A DNA stretch of 64,000 nt. It comes from Octopus bimaculoides. Its lineage: Eukaryota. The DNA lies in NCBI RefSeq assembly GCF_001194135.2, contig NC_068998.1:18688915-18752914 (forward strand), in the 5' to 3' direction. Below are positions 12,670-41,700 of the stretch, in pieces. Position numbers and translations under genes: made by a program. Position 1 is the stretch's first letter. Every line of letters starts with the position of its first letter. The notes below the pieces were generated by a model. It did not search any database and was not told the origin of the DNA. It was given only the letters and a program-made list of their open reading frames with translations.

Positions 12670-13858
12670 TATCTTCCTGGCTTTAAGGGTGTCACGAAAG
12701 TCACCTTTCCATACTTGCATGGATGAGCTGTAATTTTTGAGGCAAATTTTCTGTGGCTATTTCCTGTCAGTGGAGGCACAATGGCCCAGTGGTTAGGGCA
12801 GCGGACTCGCGGTCATAGGATTGTGGTTTCGATTCCCAGTATATATATATATATAGAGCACTTAATATTAGCTCAATAAAATATTCCTTTTGAATATTCT
12901 TTATAAAATTTATATATATATATATATATATCATATGAATGAATTAAAAGCAGTATGTACAGAATATTCTTTTGATTATTTCTTGTAAGTACATATTTTT
13001 TACAAATAACCTGATGAAAAACATTTTTGTTTCATGATAAGTAAAATTAAGAATTTTTGATTTGTTTTTTTTTTTTNNNNNNNNNNNNNNNNNNNNNNNN
13101 NNNNNNNNNNNNNNGTTCTATCACATTTGAAGATGTAAATGAGATCCTTTGTCATTTGGGTTAACTGATGACTGTTCATATTTACTTGTCACTTGTCACT
13201 GATTCTGTTTTCCTTTTGAGGACATTTACTATTCAAAAGCTCTGTCCACCTAGGTAAGCAGTTCCTTAATTCAGGATAATTAGTCCAGCCAGGATAAAAC
13301 TGCATTTGATTGGAGAAGTATATCAGTGGCACAGTAAGAGGAGTCGGCAGTCTCATTTCCTCACTCTTTGATGTGTGGTGAATCATTACATTTCACAAAA
13401 GGGAGCAAGTCTTATGCAAAATACAAAAAAGAAAAGAAGAAAAAAACACTAGTCTACTCCAATTCTTTGATCTAAGTTGTTACCCAAGTATGGGTTTTGT
13501 TACCCATGTTGTTTCCCAATATGGGTTTTGTTGCATTCACAACTAAGAAAACTCTTTCATTTACTGGTGAGCATTGTGCATCACCACCAAGATGTCATAG
13601 CCAAAACTATTTTTTACTTGTTTAAAGATGTCATAACTGGTGTACAGTTTTTCTATGTAAGTGGAAGCTAAATTTGTCTTAACATGTGGTTGCTTAGTGG
13701 CTACCTGCAGCTGTTAATTCTCAAAGAAGCAGAAATCTAAGTTCAGTAATTCCACTGTTGCTGCAGGATACTTTTTGCTAGCTATCGATCTTCTGTGCTT
13801 TTTGGTACTATACGTCTATAGGAGATGCTGCCTTGAGATGTACCCACATCAAATAAAA

Positions 13859-15255
13859 TCTTACTATAATGGGTGTTATGTCCATCTGTCTGTCTGTTCC
13901 TTCTTTACAGTCAAACGGATGGATCAATGGTGATGATGTTTTTCGAAAGAGGTAATCAGGATATTGAGTTTTGTATTTATAAATCACCTTTGATTTTTTT
14001 TGTTAAAATTCCAGCAACAAGAATTAACTCTGGATTTCACTCCTGTATAGTTTGTAAATTTAGAGGGTTTAGATTTTCAATACTATCCCTTTATTTCCCA
14101 TCGAAGTTGGGCAGATTTGCTATCTTACTATAATGGGTGTTATATCCATTTCTTTGTCTGTTCCTTCTTCATGGCCAAATGGTTACAATATTTTTCGGGA
14201 TTACAAAGACGGTCATCAGGAAGGTTTTTAGCATTAAAAAATCAGAAAGTATTATTATTTTGTGGATATTGATTTCTGAATTGATAAACCACCTCTGCAT
14301 TTTTATTAAAAATTCACACACCACAAGTAAATCTGGATTTTTATTGTATAGTTCATGGCCCCATTGTAGATACAAAGGGGTTGTGTGGATGGTTAATAGC
14401 GAAAATAAAATGGAAAAAGTGTGTGTCAGTATATAGTGTGTGTGATTATTTAGGTATGTTAGTCTCGAGCAGGATTCAAAACGGCTAATTGAAGCGGCTG
14501 TTGTTTACATCTCAGTTTTGCCAATCAAAATAACCCATGGTACTAGAACATCCAGACATTATTCACATAGAACAGTGAGAGGTAAGTCTTAGTTTGATTT
14601 TTTTTGTAACCCTAAAGGTTCCGCTCATACGTTCACAGCAAACAAGGCACAGGATCAGACTTTAGATTGTGCAGGTGTATTTTTACCTACTCCAATGTTC
14701 ACACATGGCCATAGTTATACGTCGCTATGAGTAGAGCAACGGGCTCCAGTAATTTGAAAATTAGTGTCAACCAAACAGAAAATATCATCTACAAAGAAGT
14801 TTTGTAATCATATTGATATTATCAAAAGGAATAGGATTCATAATTTAAATAAGGAAATTTGAGAACTTTGAATGTATAAGAGTATAAACAAGCAAAAAAT
14901 AGTGTAAACAACTAAAATTAAAGTATATCTAAATAACATTTTTTTCTTAATACATTTTATGTAGTGGTCGGAGGAAGCTCTGGCTTTTGTTAGGAGTGGT
15001 CCACATAATCATCCATGATACTGAGGCTGGGAGCATATTTCAGTTCAGGAGTGAATCGTCATCACATCACTTAGTCACAAACACTTCATATAGCTGCAAT
15101 AAAATGCTGTATCACCAATAATAATGTGATTTCTCTAAGACATCATCACTCAGTAATCTATCAAGTCCATTAATTATACATTTCTCAATATATACTGTTG
15201 TTATGGCTTCCCTCCCTCATTTTATGCCTCCATTATAAATGGGTAGATTTGCTAG
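13859..15255 (+). mobile_element. Two head-to-tail non-autonomous Helitrons (13859-14122 and 14123-15255); the second holds a helicase remnant at 14641-14807
   Basis: Both start TCTTACTATAATGGGTGTTAT and end ...GGG(C/T)AGATTTGCTA(G); A|T insertion site; remnant NKAQDQTL...FTHG.LYVAMSR...NIIYKEVL* with a frameshift. Confidence 0.75.
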
Positions 15256-15715
15256 TATACAGAATGCTACATAAGAAAATGTTCAGTATTAAACAAAAAA
15301 CACATAGGAAACATTTATTTTTTCCTAATACAGTTGTCTGTGCATAATATTTTCTGAAACTTTATTTACATATTTCAAAACTCAAATACATTAATTCATA
15401 GGCTCAATGTTTATGAAAGTGTACATGCACATATATTCAAACATACATACATTACTCACACATATTTCAAAATGCATAAACATTCATAGATCATACACAT
15501 GCACACAACACTGACACACACACACACATCATACACACAATGTGCATTCATTCCCATTTATAATTGTATATGTATATAAATCAAGTATGAGTATAAACCA
15601 CAATTCAATTCTTTGACACCAGTTTTCATTGAAAATCCCAAACCATCTGAATTAGAAGATGAATTACAAAATTCCACTCTGGACTTGCTGCATTTGAAGA
15701 ACACCTTCACAAGGG

Positions 15716-30521
<14,806 letters not shown>

Positions 30522-32399
30522 TTTGTTGACAGAGGTTAATTCTTCTAAAGCAGTTCTGGAATTGTTCTCATAGATGACAGTAAACAAAATCTAAATAGAA
30601 ATATTTCCTGTGCCACATCACATTTGCTTACCTTTTATTACCTCCCTTCAAATATTATCATAAGAAATGTAACTGACAAGCCACTATTTCGTACTGGCTT
30701 CTAGAAATTCGGAATATTGAGCAGTATTCTACAACCTGCATTGAGCGAATGGACCCTGTTTTTTTATGTCGCTGAACTTGTATACAATGTATTAAAAGTA
30801 GTTTTATTCTTCACGTTTTGAAGTGGATTGATGAAGATTAAACACTCTACTTTACAAGTGTATAAATTTGTATTTATATCTGTTTAATAAAATCGTTTTC
30901 TTCATTTAATTTTAATCCAACAAACATTATACTGTATACGACATACAATATGATGTATGTTTAAAATTTTAAATGGCTTAATAAATATCAAACAAACCCT
31001 GCTCTAGAGGTGTGATAATTTAATTCTGTGAAATAGAACTTCGTTCTTTATTTTTCATAGTTTATTATGTATTTTAAGTATATATTAAAATATCTTCAGA
31101 AAACCGGAAAATTCAAAAGTCCGTGACACTTCCGTCCCCCCCCCCCNNNNNNNNNNNNNNNNNNNNNNNNNNNNNNNNNNNNNNNNNNNNNNNNNNNNNN
31201 NNNNNNNNNNNNNNNNNNNNNNNNNNNNNNNNNNNNNNNNNNNNNNNNNNNNNNNNNNNNNNNNNNNNNNNNNTTTCCAATGATTCCAGCATGGGGTGGG
31301 GTTCACCCCCTGCACCACCTTTTTCTTCCAAACCAAAATAAGGGATTTGCAGCATATTATGAGGTCCGATTTTTTTTTCTTAGTGAAAATTGTGCGGACA
31401 AAAGGATCAATGGGGTGGGGGTGAAATTTCCGATGCAACCACCTCACCCAACCCCGTTTTGGGGGTTTTGTAGCATATTAGGAGGTCAAAGGAATTCATT
31501 CAATGGAAAAAAAAAAAAAAGAATTTCCAATGATTCCAGCATGGGGTGGGGTTCACCCCCTGCACCACCTTTTTCTTCCAAACCAAAATAAGGGATTTGC
31601 AGCATAGGAGGTCAGGGTACTTGATTCCAAGCAAAAAATCCGAGGTTTTTTTTTCTTACAGAAATTTACTGAATTTTCTTTGTTTTAACGGGGATTTTTC
31701 CAATTTTTGTTCACGTTGGATTTAGTAGGGGGAGAAAAAATTCCCCAAAAAAAGTAATTCATTTTTTACCCTCCCCTCTCCCTTCGTCTCCCTCTGGACC
31801 GATTTTAGTCTTTTTTTTTTACCATGCACTTAAAAATGATGAGAAGTCATTTTGATAAAAAAAAAATTTTTGAAAATATTTTCAGATGAAAAGGTATGTG
31901 ATTTAAGGGACATTTAGCTGGTACCTCCCTAAACTTTCAGTTTTTTATCTGAATTTCGCTACTTATTTTCCTTGTCATTTGACAGGCTGTCTCAGTTTTC
32001 TGACAGATGATAGATTGGTAGAATTGTTCAGAATCGTTCAATCCCATCTACTTATGATAAATTTTTTTACGAGTTCCTTCTTATTGTTCTCAGCTTTAGC
32101 ACCTAGAAATTTATAAGAGCCAACTTCACATATAGCTAAGTTCTATTCTTCAGCTGACTATTTTTGGTCATCAGCACTTCAAACAAGATAACAGTTGAAA
32201 AATCCTTTGTTTTGCCTGACCTAATTTAGTTCGAAAACAATATAATACAGAACTCAAATTCAATTCTACCTCTTTTGCATGGACTCTGGCAAAAAGGAAT
32301 ACTTCACATGTGGCTTATCACCGCATGACTACACAACTTTCACCATCTCTATTTGTCTAAACTCTTTTACTCTTTCTCTCTTCTACTTTCAATTTGTTC

Positions 32400-32778
32400 T
32401 TCAAGCAACCACTTACAAATGGACATGTAAAAATACAACGCCAGAAACAAAGAAGCCTTCACCATCATCACCCAAAATTTACCAATGCTACATAAGGACC
32501 CCAAATTAAAGGAAATTTTACACACACATAAAATCATTAAAAGCTACAAACAACCAAAATCACTAAAAAAGATCCTCACAAAGGCAAAATTATTTTCCAA
32601 AATAACAGATGCAAAAGTGAAAAAATGTGGTCGACCAAATTGCACAACATGCCCAAACCTCCTAGAAGGATCAGAATTCCTTTTCAAAGAGGGACAAAAA
32701 TTCAAAATAAATTCTGACTTTACTTGTGCTTCAGAAAACCTGATTTATGTCATAAGATGCTCGGGCTGCCACCAAAAC
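32400..32778 (+). mobile_element. Penelope-like element relic (linker and start of the GIY-YIG endonuclease)
   Basis: NLPMLHKDPKLKEIL...SYKQPKSLKKIL...CGRPNCTTC...FTCASENLIYVIRC..C; truncated by a gap. Confidence 0.8.
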
Positions 32779-33639
32779 NNNNNNNNNNNNNNNNNNNNNN
32801 NNNNNNNNNNNNNNNNNNNNNNNNNNNNNNNNNNNNNNNNNNNNNNNNNNNNNNNNNNNNNNNNNNNNNNNNNNNNNNNNNNNNNNNNNNNNNNNNNNNN
32901 NNNNNNNNNNNNNNNNNNNNNNNNNNNNNNNNNNNNNNNNNNNNNNNNNNNNNNNNNNNNNNNNNNNNNNNNNNNNNNNNNNNNNNNNNNNNNNNNNNNN
33001 NNNNNNNNNNNNNNNNNNNNNNNNNNNNNNNNNNNNNNNNNNNNNNNNNNNNNNNNNNNNNNNNNNNNNNNNNNNNNNNNNNNNNNNNNNNNNNNNNNNN
33101 NNNNNNNNNNNNNNNNNNNNNNNNNNNNNNNNNNNNNNNNNNNNNNNNNNNNNNNNNNNNNNNNNNNNNNNNNNNNNNNNNNNNNNNNNNNNNNNNNNNN
33201 NNNNNNNNNNNNNNNNNNNNNNNNNNNNNNNNNNNNNNNNNNNNNNNNNNNNNNNNNNNNNNNNNNNNNNNNNNNNNNNNNNNNNNNNNNNNNNNNNNNN
33301 NNNNNNNNNNNNNNNNNNNNNNNNNNNNNNNNNNNNNNNNNNNNNNNNNNNNNNNNNNNNNNNNNNNNNNNNNNNNNNNNNNNNNNNNNNNNNNNNNNNN
33401 NNNNNNNNNNNNNNNNNNNNNNNNNNNNNNNNNNACAAGAAAATACAAAACCGGTTATTTCTCCAAAAACAATGTTACTATACTCAAAGTTTTATAATAT
33501 TTTTCTAACATAACGATTTAAATATATGCTTTAACCATATAACACCAGCCTTCTGTAATTTTTTCACTCTTTTTTTATCTTTTATATATATATATATATA
33601 TAAATGTTTATATATAAAATCAAGAGTATGTCGTGTTCC

Positions 33640-34050
33640 ATCATCATCATCATTGCTGTTTAACGTCCGCTTTCCATACTGGCATGGGTTGGATGGTTTG
33701 ACTGAGGACTGGCAAGCCAGAAGGCTGTACCAGGCTCCAGTCTGATCTGGCAAGGTTTCTACAGCTGGATGCCCTTCCTAACGCCAACCACTCTGAGAGT
33801 GTAGTGGGTGCTTTTTGTGTGCCACTGGCACAAGGGCCAGTCAGGTGGCACTAGCAACGACTACACTTGAATGGTCCTTTTTATGTGCCACCAGCATAGG
33901 AGCCAGTGAGGTGGTACTGGCAATGACTACGCTTGAATGGTGCTTTTTATGTGCCACCAGCATAGGAGCCAGTGAGGCGGTACTGGCAAGGACCACGCTT
34001 GAATGGTGCTTTTACATGCCACCGGCATAGGACCAGTCAGGCAGCACTGT
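33640..34050 (-). repeat. Family C repeat with an internal ~59-bp tandem unit (3-4 copies)
   Basis: GCCAGT(C/G)AGG(T/C)GG(C/T)ACT(A/G)GCAA...CTTGAATGGT...GTGCCACCAGCATAGGA repeated at 33836-34035. Confidence 0.7.
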
Positions 34051-34865
34051 CCCCATTAATTAATAAGTTAAAAAAACATGATAAATGCATAAACAAACAG
34101 AAAGCAGTCACAGAAGATCCTCGTCTTGAATCACATTTATTCATGTTCGTATGTTTACTTCTGTATTGCCTGTTTATCCACTTCTTGTTTGTTTGTTCTC
34201 ATTCTGTTATGTTTTGGCCCCATTTTCCAGCAGCTTCTTCTTGTTGTTGGTGCCACCAAGAAGCCAAGCAATATTATCATAAGGCACAAAATTGCATTTG
34301 ACCCTCCGGCCAGTAATTGATGAGGAGTTGGTGACCTTCTGTGTCTGTTTTCTGTTTGTTAGTGCTTTTATTATATGTTTTTCAACTTATATGTGTGTGT
34401 GTGTGTCTGTCTATCTTTGTCCCATCCCACACCCGCTGAATGACCACTGGTGGTGGTAAGTTAACATCCGCTAACTTAGCAGTTCAACAAAAATGACTGA
34501 TAGAATAAATACTACGCTTTAAATATAAGTCATGGGGGACAATTTGTTCAACAAAAAAACCCTTCATGATGGTGCTCCAGCATGGCCACAGTCAAACGAA
34601 TGAAACAAGTAAAAGGTAAAAGATTATAAAGTGACACATATATAGTTTGTAAGATTCTGGGATGTTTTCCTTCATTCTTTCTTTCTTTATTTTTGGCACA
34701 GGTCACTTGGTCTGGTTGGGTGTTCATAGCTGGTCAGTCATCATTGATTTTTGATATTTAGCTGCCTTTTGTGTTATTCCTTCTTCTCGTCCTTTGTCAT
34801 CATATTTAGAAGGAATACATTGTGACAATGTGAGTCAGAACATTGAAGGTTCCAAGGAGTGGTGT

Positions 34866-34951
34866 TCTGGACAGGGCAGAGCTGTAGTAGTAGTAATAGT
34901 AGTGATAGTAGGTGTTGTTGTAATAATAGTTGTGATGGTAGTAACAGTAGC

Positions 34952-34988
<37 letters not shown>

Positions 34989-34990
34989 AG
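34866..34990. repeat. (GTA)n/(TAG)n trinucleotide microsatellite next to a SINE tail
   Basis: Seen directly; explains the poly-V/T/S/L ORFs. Confidence 0.9.
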
Positions 34991-34994
34991 ATTA

Positions 34995-35369
34995 GTTGTT
35001 GTTGGCATTCCGTCACTTACGACGTCGAGGGTTCCAGTTGATCCGATCAATGGAACAGCCTGCTCGTGAAATTAATGTGCAAGTAGCTGAGCACTCCACA
35101 GACACATGTACCCTTAACGTAGTTCTCAGGGATATTCAGTGTGACAAGGCTGACCCTTTCAATTACAGGTACAACAGAAACAGGAAGTAAGAGTGAGAGA
35201 AAGTTGTGGTGGAAGAGTACAGCAGGGTTTCATCATCCCCTGCCGGAGCCTCGTGGAGCTTTAGGTGTTTTCGCTCAATAAACACTCACAACGCCCGGTC
35301 TGGGAATCAAAACCGCAATCCTATGACTGCCAGTCTGCTGCCCTAACCACTGGGCCATTGCGCCTCCAC
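34995..35369 (-). mobile_element. tRNA-derived SINE, family A, full length
   Basis: A/B boxes and (CAA)n tail. Confidence 0.85.
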
Positions 35370-35743
35370 AGTAAGAGTAGTAACAGTAGGGGAAAAAGCA
35401 GCAATAATGGTAGTGGTTGTAGTAAAATAGTACTTATATGTACTGACAATGCTTAGAATTATAATAATAAAAGTTTCGAATTTTGGTACAGGGCCAACAG
35501 TTTTTGAGGGGAAGAAGTCAATTATATCAACTCTGGTACTTATTTTATGGACCCTGAAAGGATATAAGGAAAAGTCAATGGTGGTGGAATTTGAACTCAA
35601 AATATAATGACAAAATGCTTGTGGACATTTCGCCTTTCTTAGGGTTATAATATACTGCCTATAGTGAATGTGAATCTAGATACAATTTAATAGAAATAAA
35701 AAACAATATTGTATGCAATTAGCATGTTTATTATTTTATTTAT

Positions 35744-35861
35744 TTAATCTTCTTTCTCAAAATGACTTTTTGAAGCAAAATCTTGCATGAAGCAAGCGAG
35801 TTTCTCAACATCTTCAATAGTAACTGCATTATAAAGGGAAGCACGGAAACCACCAATCGAC
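35744..35861 (-). CDS. PSAT1: PSAT1 exon 10 ([14 protein letters not shown]...EKED*)
   Basis: [10 protein letters not shown] motif; TAA at 35746-35744. Confidence 0.95.
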
Positions 35862-38683
35862 CTGCACAAAATAAAAAAAAAAACAGGATTCTTTTCAAGT
35901 GAAAATGATTACAATTGAGCATGAAAGTGGAACTTGCAGAAAAAAAAAACATTTTTGATCACCATACAGTGTTTTTGAATCTAAGAGATAAATGTCTTTA
36001 GAGTCCAAGTAAGTAAAAATAAATCCTTTGAATAAAATCCCATTTCAATAACATCTTGCATGTGCATTTCTTCAGTTGAAATTAAAAATCTGAAAACAGT
36101 AGAATTTTGAGAGAAAGTTATTTAATTTCTCATCTAGATTTCTTTCTACAAAATACTGCTACAGAATCCTGACATATATTTTATTATTACTCTAAAACAT
36201 ATATAGCTGTAGTCGTTACTGTGTAGACCTAGATTTGAATATATTAACAAACTTCCACATTCATTTGGTCTATATTTCTCTCTTCTTTTATCATCCTTGC
36301 TATGGGTGAACTTTTAATAAATTAAAATTTCATGTATAAGCATATATTCAAACACGGCTCTTGTGCACATAAAATACACCATTTTGAGCGTGGCCGTTGC
36401 CAGTACCGCCTGACTGGCCTTTGTAGGATTTTCGAGCAAGATCGTTGCCAGTGCCCCTGGACTGGCTCCTGTGCGAGTGGCACATAAAATACACCATTTT
36501 GAGCGTGGCCGTTGCCAGTACCGCCTGACTGGCATTTGTGCGGGTGACATGTAAAAGCACCCACTACACTCTCTGAGTGGTTGGCATTAGAAAGGGCATC
36601 CAGCTGTAAAAACTCTGCCAAACAAGATTGGAGGCTGGTGTTGCCATCCGGTTTCACCAGTCCTCAGTCAAATCGTCCAACCCATGCTAGCATGGAAAGC
36701 GAACGTTAAACGATGATGATGATGATGATGATGATGCATGCACACACACACACACTCTTACCTATGCCCAGATAAACCAACTAGGTTTCTTTCTGCTGCT
36801 TCTTTTAGGAATTTCTTCTCCATTTCACTCCTCCTATTGTTAGAGCCAAATTTGAAGATGATGTTTGTGCGACTGCGAACACTTTTGTCAACAGGACATC
36901 TTTAAAGTAATAAATGTCAAAATTAATTTAAAATTTTTACAAATGGTAAATTTTTCTGATATTTTTCATTACATTTTATATAGGTACGAAGAGAATGCTT
37001 TAAATTGGAATGAGGAAATAGAATGTTGTAATTATCATACTTTGTTTTTTTTTTACCTTAGAGTCATTAGATGTTTCTGTGTTATGAGTGTGAAAGCATT
37101 TCTAAGGGATATTGGTTTTATAGTGTCCCTTAGAAATTTCCTTTCTTATTATTTTATATAATGCTAAGGTGGCCAACTGGCAGAATTGTTAGCATGTCAG
37201 ACAAAATGCATAGAGACATTTTTTCTGGTTCTTTACATTTTGAGTTCAGATTTCACCAAGGTCAACTTTGTCTTTCATCCTTTCAGGGTGGATAAAAATA
37301 AGTACCAGGCAAGTACTGGTGTCAATGTATTCAACTTACCCATTCCTCTCAAAATTACTGGCCTTATGCCAAAATTAGAAAGATAATGTGTGATCTACTT
37401 TTCTGGGTAATGTAAAATAAAAAATGAAGAATTACTTAGAGAATGGTGAACTGTGCACATGAGCATTTGTGTATATTTGCATGAATTTGTGCATGTGTAT
37501 TTAATCATGTGTGTGCATACGTAAGTGTAATTTTATTGTTTATTTATACAATAATGTAGACAAGACAATGAGGGAGACTTGAATGTGTGTAGGTGTATGT
37601 TTTAATACCTGAAATTAATTTTGCCTATAAAAATAAAGAAAGACAAAATAGGAGATTGTTGGACAAAGTGAAATGAGAGAGAAAGAGAAGCAGATGTGTG
37701 AATAGAGACAGATAGACAGGTAGGCAGACATAGAAATTCTTATGGATAACTTACACATAAAATCCATTTGATTCATCAATTATTTTGTATAGAGCTTCAG
37801 ATTTATTTTTACATCTCTGATACATGACTGCCAAACCACCTTCTTCTTTCAGGTTTTTCACTACTGCTCCCAAAACATAGATACTGTATAATTCGCATCA
37901 GAAAACAAAACAAGACATTGAAACACTTTATTCTAAACAGTGACTATTTGCAATAGGCAAGCATTTCAATAAACAGGGTATGTCATAGGTTGCAGAGCAG
38001 TTTTAAAAAAATTCAAATTTTTGGTTTTTTAATTGTGTTTCTACAGAAACATATTGACATTTTAAAAAGCTTCTAAGCAATTTATGGGCTCTCCTGCTGC
38101 TGTGGCAGCATCAACATTGTCGTCATCATCATCAACAACAACGTCCACCTTCCATGCAGGCATGGGATGGACGGTTTGACAGGAGCCAACCAGGTAAAAG
38201 ACTACACCAGGTTTCTGTGTCTGTTTTGGCATGGTTTTTGTGACTGGATACCCTTCTTAACACTAACCACACTGCAGAGTGGACTGAGTGCTTTTTACAT
38301 GGCACCAGCACAGGCAAGGTCAGTTTTGGAATTTCTTTTTTTACAGCTGGATGCCCTTCCAAGTGCCAAACACTTCACAGTGTAGACTGAGTGCTTTTTA
38401 TGTGGTACCAGCACCAGCAGGGTCACCAAATAACCTGCAAGACAAGGAATTTTTGAAAGGGGAGGGGTCATTGGAGGAGGTGATCTTGTATAAGATGATG
38501 AAAGGTTAGAGAGTAACAGACAGAGAGGCAGAAACAGGTATCTTGCTATAGAGGTGTATGGTCACCCAGCCAGAGAGAAAGGTGAGGAGGAAGAGAGTGA
38601 GAGTTAACAAGAAAGAGTACAGGAAAAGGTGAGCTGTTGTAAAGAAGATATTTGGTTACCTAACCAGAACGAAGAGCAAGAAA

Positions 38684-38736
<53 letters not shown>

Positions 38737-41700
38737 GGCAGAAACAGGTGTACTGCTATAGAGGAGATACAAGGTTACCCAACAAATGAAATACAGAGAG
38801 ATAATTCAAATTCTAAGTAGTTTTGTGTCTATCTTCCAGATTATTATGGTATTGTAAATCATTTTTTTGTTTGCAAATCTGAAAAAAAATATATCATTGG
38901 AGCAAGTAATTTTACAGTCAGCTTACTACTGATAATCACTCAATTGTGATATAAGAATGGAACTTAAGTTGTTTTGCTCTGAAGGAGCAAAGCTATGATC
39001 AAAACCCTTCCAACTGTGACCAACCTGTTTTTTTCCCCAGGTAGTGTGTATCCAGCATGACAGTATCCAATGTCTCTTTACTCTTTTAAGACAGTAGGTA
39101 TGAGTCAAGAGAAATTTGGTTGCTATTTCTAGCAGGTTGAATTACCAAGTAGAGGTACCCTTGTTGATTTAAGGGTAGAACTTATTTTTCAATCAAGTAA
39201 ACAAAGACGGATTAATGCACCTTGTGTTACAGGTACATAGTAGTTGAGAAGGCACTAAACTTACAATCTCAAATACATAACAGGTCAGTATGTTAACCAC
39301 AGACAGTACATTCTTAATGTTTTTTAGCTGATGCCCATTCTCCTAAAGCTAAGCAACTCACTTCTCTTTCATCTGTCATCCTGTAAGCAACACAAAATGC
39401 ACAGTAACAGTGTTAGAGATAAAATATACATTATATAGAGTCCACCGAAAAAATGTATACACACTTCAGGAAAGGAAAATTCTTGTATAAATATTTAACT
39501 TGTATAAGTGCCTCTATAAATATAGATACCTCTTTCAATGTTTTATCAGATTTCAATAATACTGAATTAAAATTTCTGTACAGATTTTTCCTTTCCTGAA
39601 GTGTGTATACATATTTTTGGCAGGCTCTGTATATTGCAGATGTCATAAGAATATATAAACTGGAGTTGTTGCTTAGCTCCCAACTGAGCAGACATATGGC
39701 CAAAAGTGTTTCAGCTCTCATCATCTCATCATTGTGTACATCAGCAACTAAATTGTCTAATGTGACATTTCTTAAGACAAATGGGTGAGAGATTTGGTTG
39801 CTATTCCCCACAGGTTGAGTGACCACATAGAGGTGTCTTTATTGGTTGTTCACACATTCATTTTTATTGCTTAGCTTGAAGTTAGCTTTGATCAAGCAAA
39901 CCGATGATAAAAGGCATTCCAGCCGTGACCATCTTGTTTTTTTCACAGCGTGCAGGGAACCTAGGATCACATAATCCAATGTACTCATTTCCCAGACAAG
40001 TGGGTGTGATTTGAAGAAGATTTGGCTGATATTTCTGGCAGGTCAAACGACCACACAGAGGCTCCCTCAATAACTTGTTTACATACTGGTATATTCTACA
40101 GGTGCTGAATAACTGCAAACTCATGATGTCATTCATATTTAAATTTGTAGTGGCGCGAAATTATAGCCGGCATTGAGGAAGTACTATCTGCACATGCGCA
40201 AGGGACTTGCCTTTCTGGAAGCCCCTCAAGTGCGCATGCGTAGTAAAACTAGTACTTAAAGAGTTGGTTTCACTTTCTAAGCCTCTTGAGCGCAATACCT
40301 TCGACATGACAACACCTTGCTCCTCAACAAAGCACTCTTCACCACGATGCCTTCGATGTGATAGCTATTTGCTCCTCTGGCATGCATCAAGGAAGCTCTT
40401 AACCTTCCAATATCGATTACAAATTAATCAGTGGTTGCTAAGCTGAATGACACAGGATTTGTAAAACCAAGGATCATCAAAAAATAAAACTTATTTTTAT
40501 TATGTTGTTAATTGTTCTACTGTTTCTTAATATATAATTTTGTTGAAAGGTGATTGAGAGAGACTAATGTTTCTATTGCAACTATCAATCTTTTACAAAT
40601 TTAAACATGAACAATCTAATACAAATGATATTCGTTTATACTTTAGGTATAAGGCCCTCTAATACAAATGATATTGCAAAGAGTTCAGTTTATCATAGAA
40701 AATCAACATTAACACTTTCTTTAACCTTTTAGTATTCAAAGCAGCCATATCTGGCCTAAATATTTTACCAGTTGTATGTTTAAACCAGCCAGATCCAACC
40801 TCTCAAACATATCCTACAATGCTGTTCTAAAAATAAGCAAAAATATCATGGAAATCTCAAAGCTAGGAGATAATGCATGATCAATTCAAAACAATGTGAA
40901 TAAATAAAAATTACATTTGAGAGAATAGTTTGACTGCTAAAGGGTTAATTCATTGAAATTATATGATAAAACAACCAATAACAAAGTAAATAAGAAATAC
41001 CTAAAGACCGGAGGAGTATTCAAGCAGGAGTTGTTGTTAACCATTGCCTTGTACTCAATGACAGACGGACATAATGGTGAAGCTACGTTGGTTAGGTCAT
41101 CACGTACAATGACCAGTGTGACACCAGCACAACCAAGGTTTTTCTGGGCTCCAGCATATATTACACCAAACTGAAAGGAAGAGTAAGAAAAGTGTGCATG
41201 TATATATTTTCTTTTATTCTTTTACTTGTTTCAGTCATTTGACTGTGGCCATGCTAGAGCACCACCTTAAAGGGCTTTTTAGTCAAAGAAATAAACCCCA
41301 GGACTTATCCTTTTATGTGGACACAATTTACATCTACAAAATTCACTCACAAAGCACTGGTTGACCTGTAGAAGACACTTGTCCATGTGTATCTTTCTGA
41401 TTTGGCGGGCGCCACTTGTTTTCTAAATGAAACACTTTCAAACTTGGGACACTGGTAGAATGTGTCATATAAAACATCTTTTACTCTTAGTGTTATTGAG
41501 AGCATTTTATCTTTTTAAAGTTATTTCGTGTTAAAATTGTCGTATTTCGGTAATTTCAACCAATCACTGACGTCTATTGAGGTGAAAACAATTACTACTG
41601 TGGAATATAAACATGTTCTAGCGGTGTGATGGGATCTTTTCCCTTGGATAAAATTAGTGCCATTGTTTGTCAACAACTATCGGCAGTACTGTTATTTATG

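Noticed and set aside
13189-13652. Possible minus-strand exons at 13565-13652 (KLYTSYDIFKQVK...) and from 13410 with strong acceptors
   Set aside because: No recognisable homology. SMIM7 already ends at 15716 with the expected LFG-x-stop and poly(A) signals. An alternative 3' exon cannot be excluded without RNA-seq.
15600-15646. Alternative SMIM7 last exon starting WFG at 15646
   Set aside because: It would add a 38-aa non-conserved tail; the 15731 acceptor gives the canonical end.
31274-31606. Exact ~85-bp direct duplication
   Set aside because: Perfect identity right beside a gap suggests an assembly artefact.
33836-34035. ~59-bp tandem units that superficially resemble a CRISPR array
   Set aside because: No unique spacers, eukaryotic context, and internal to a LINE-derived repeat.
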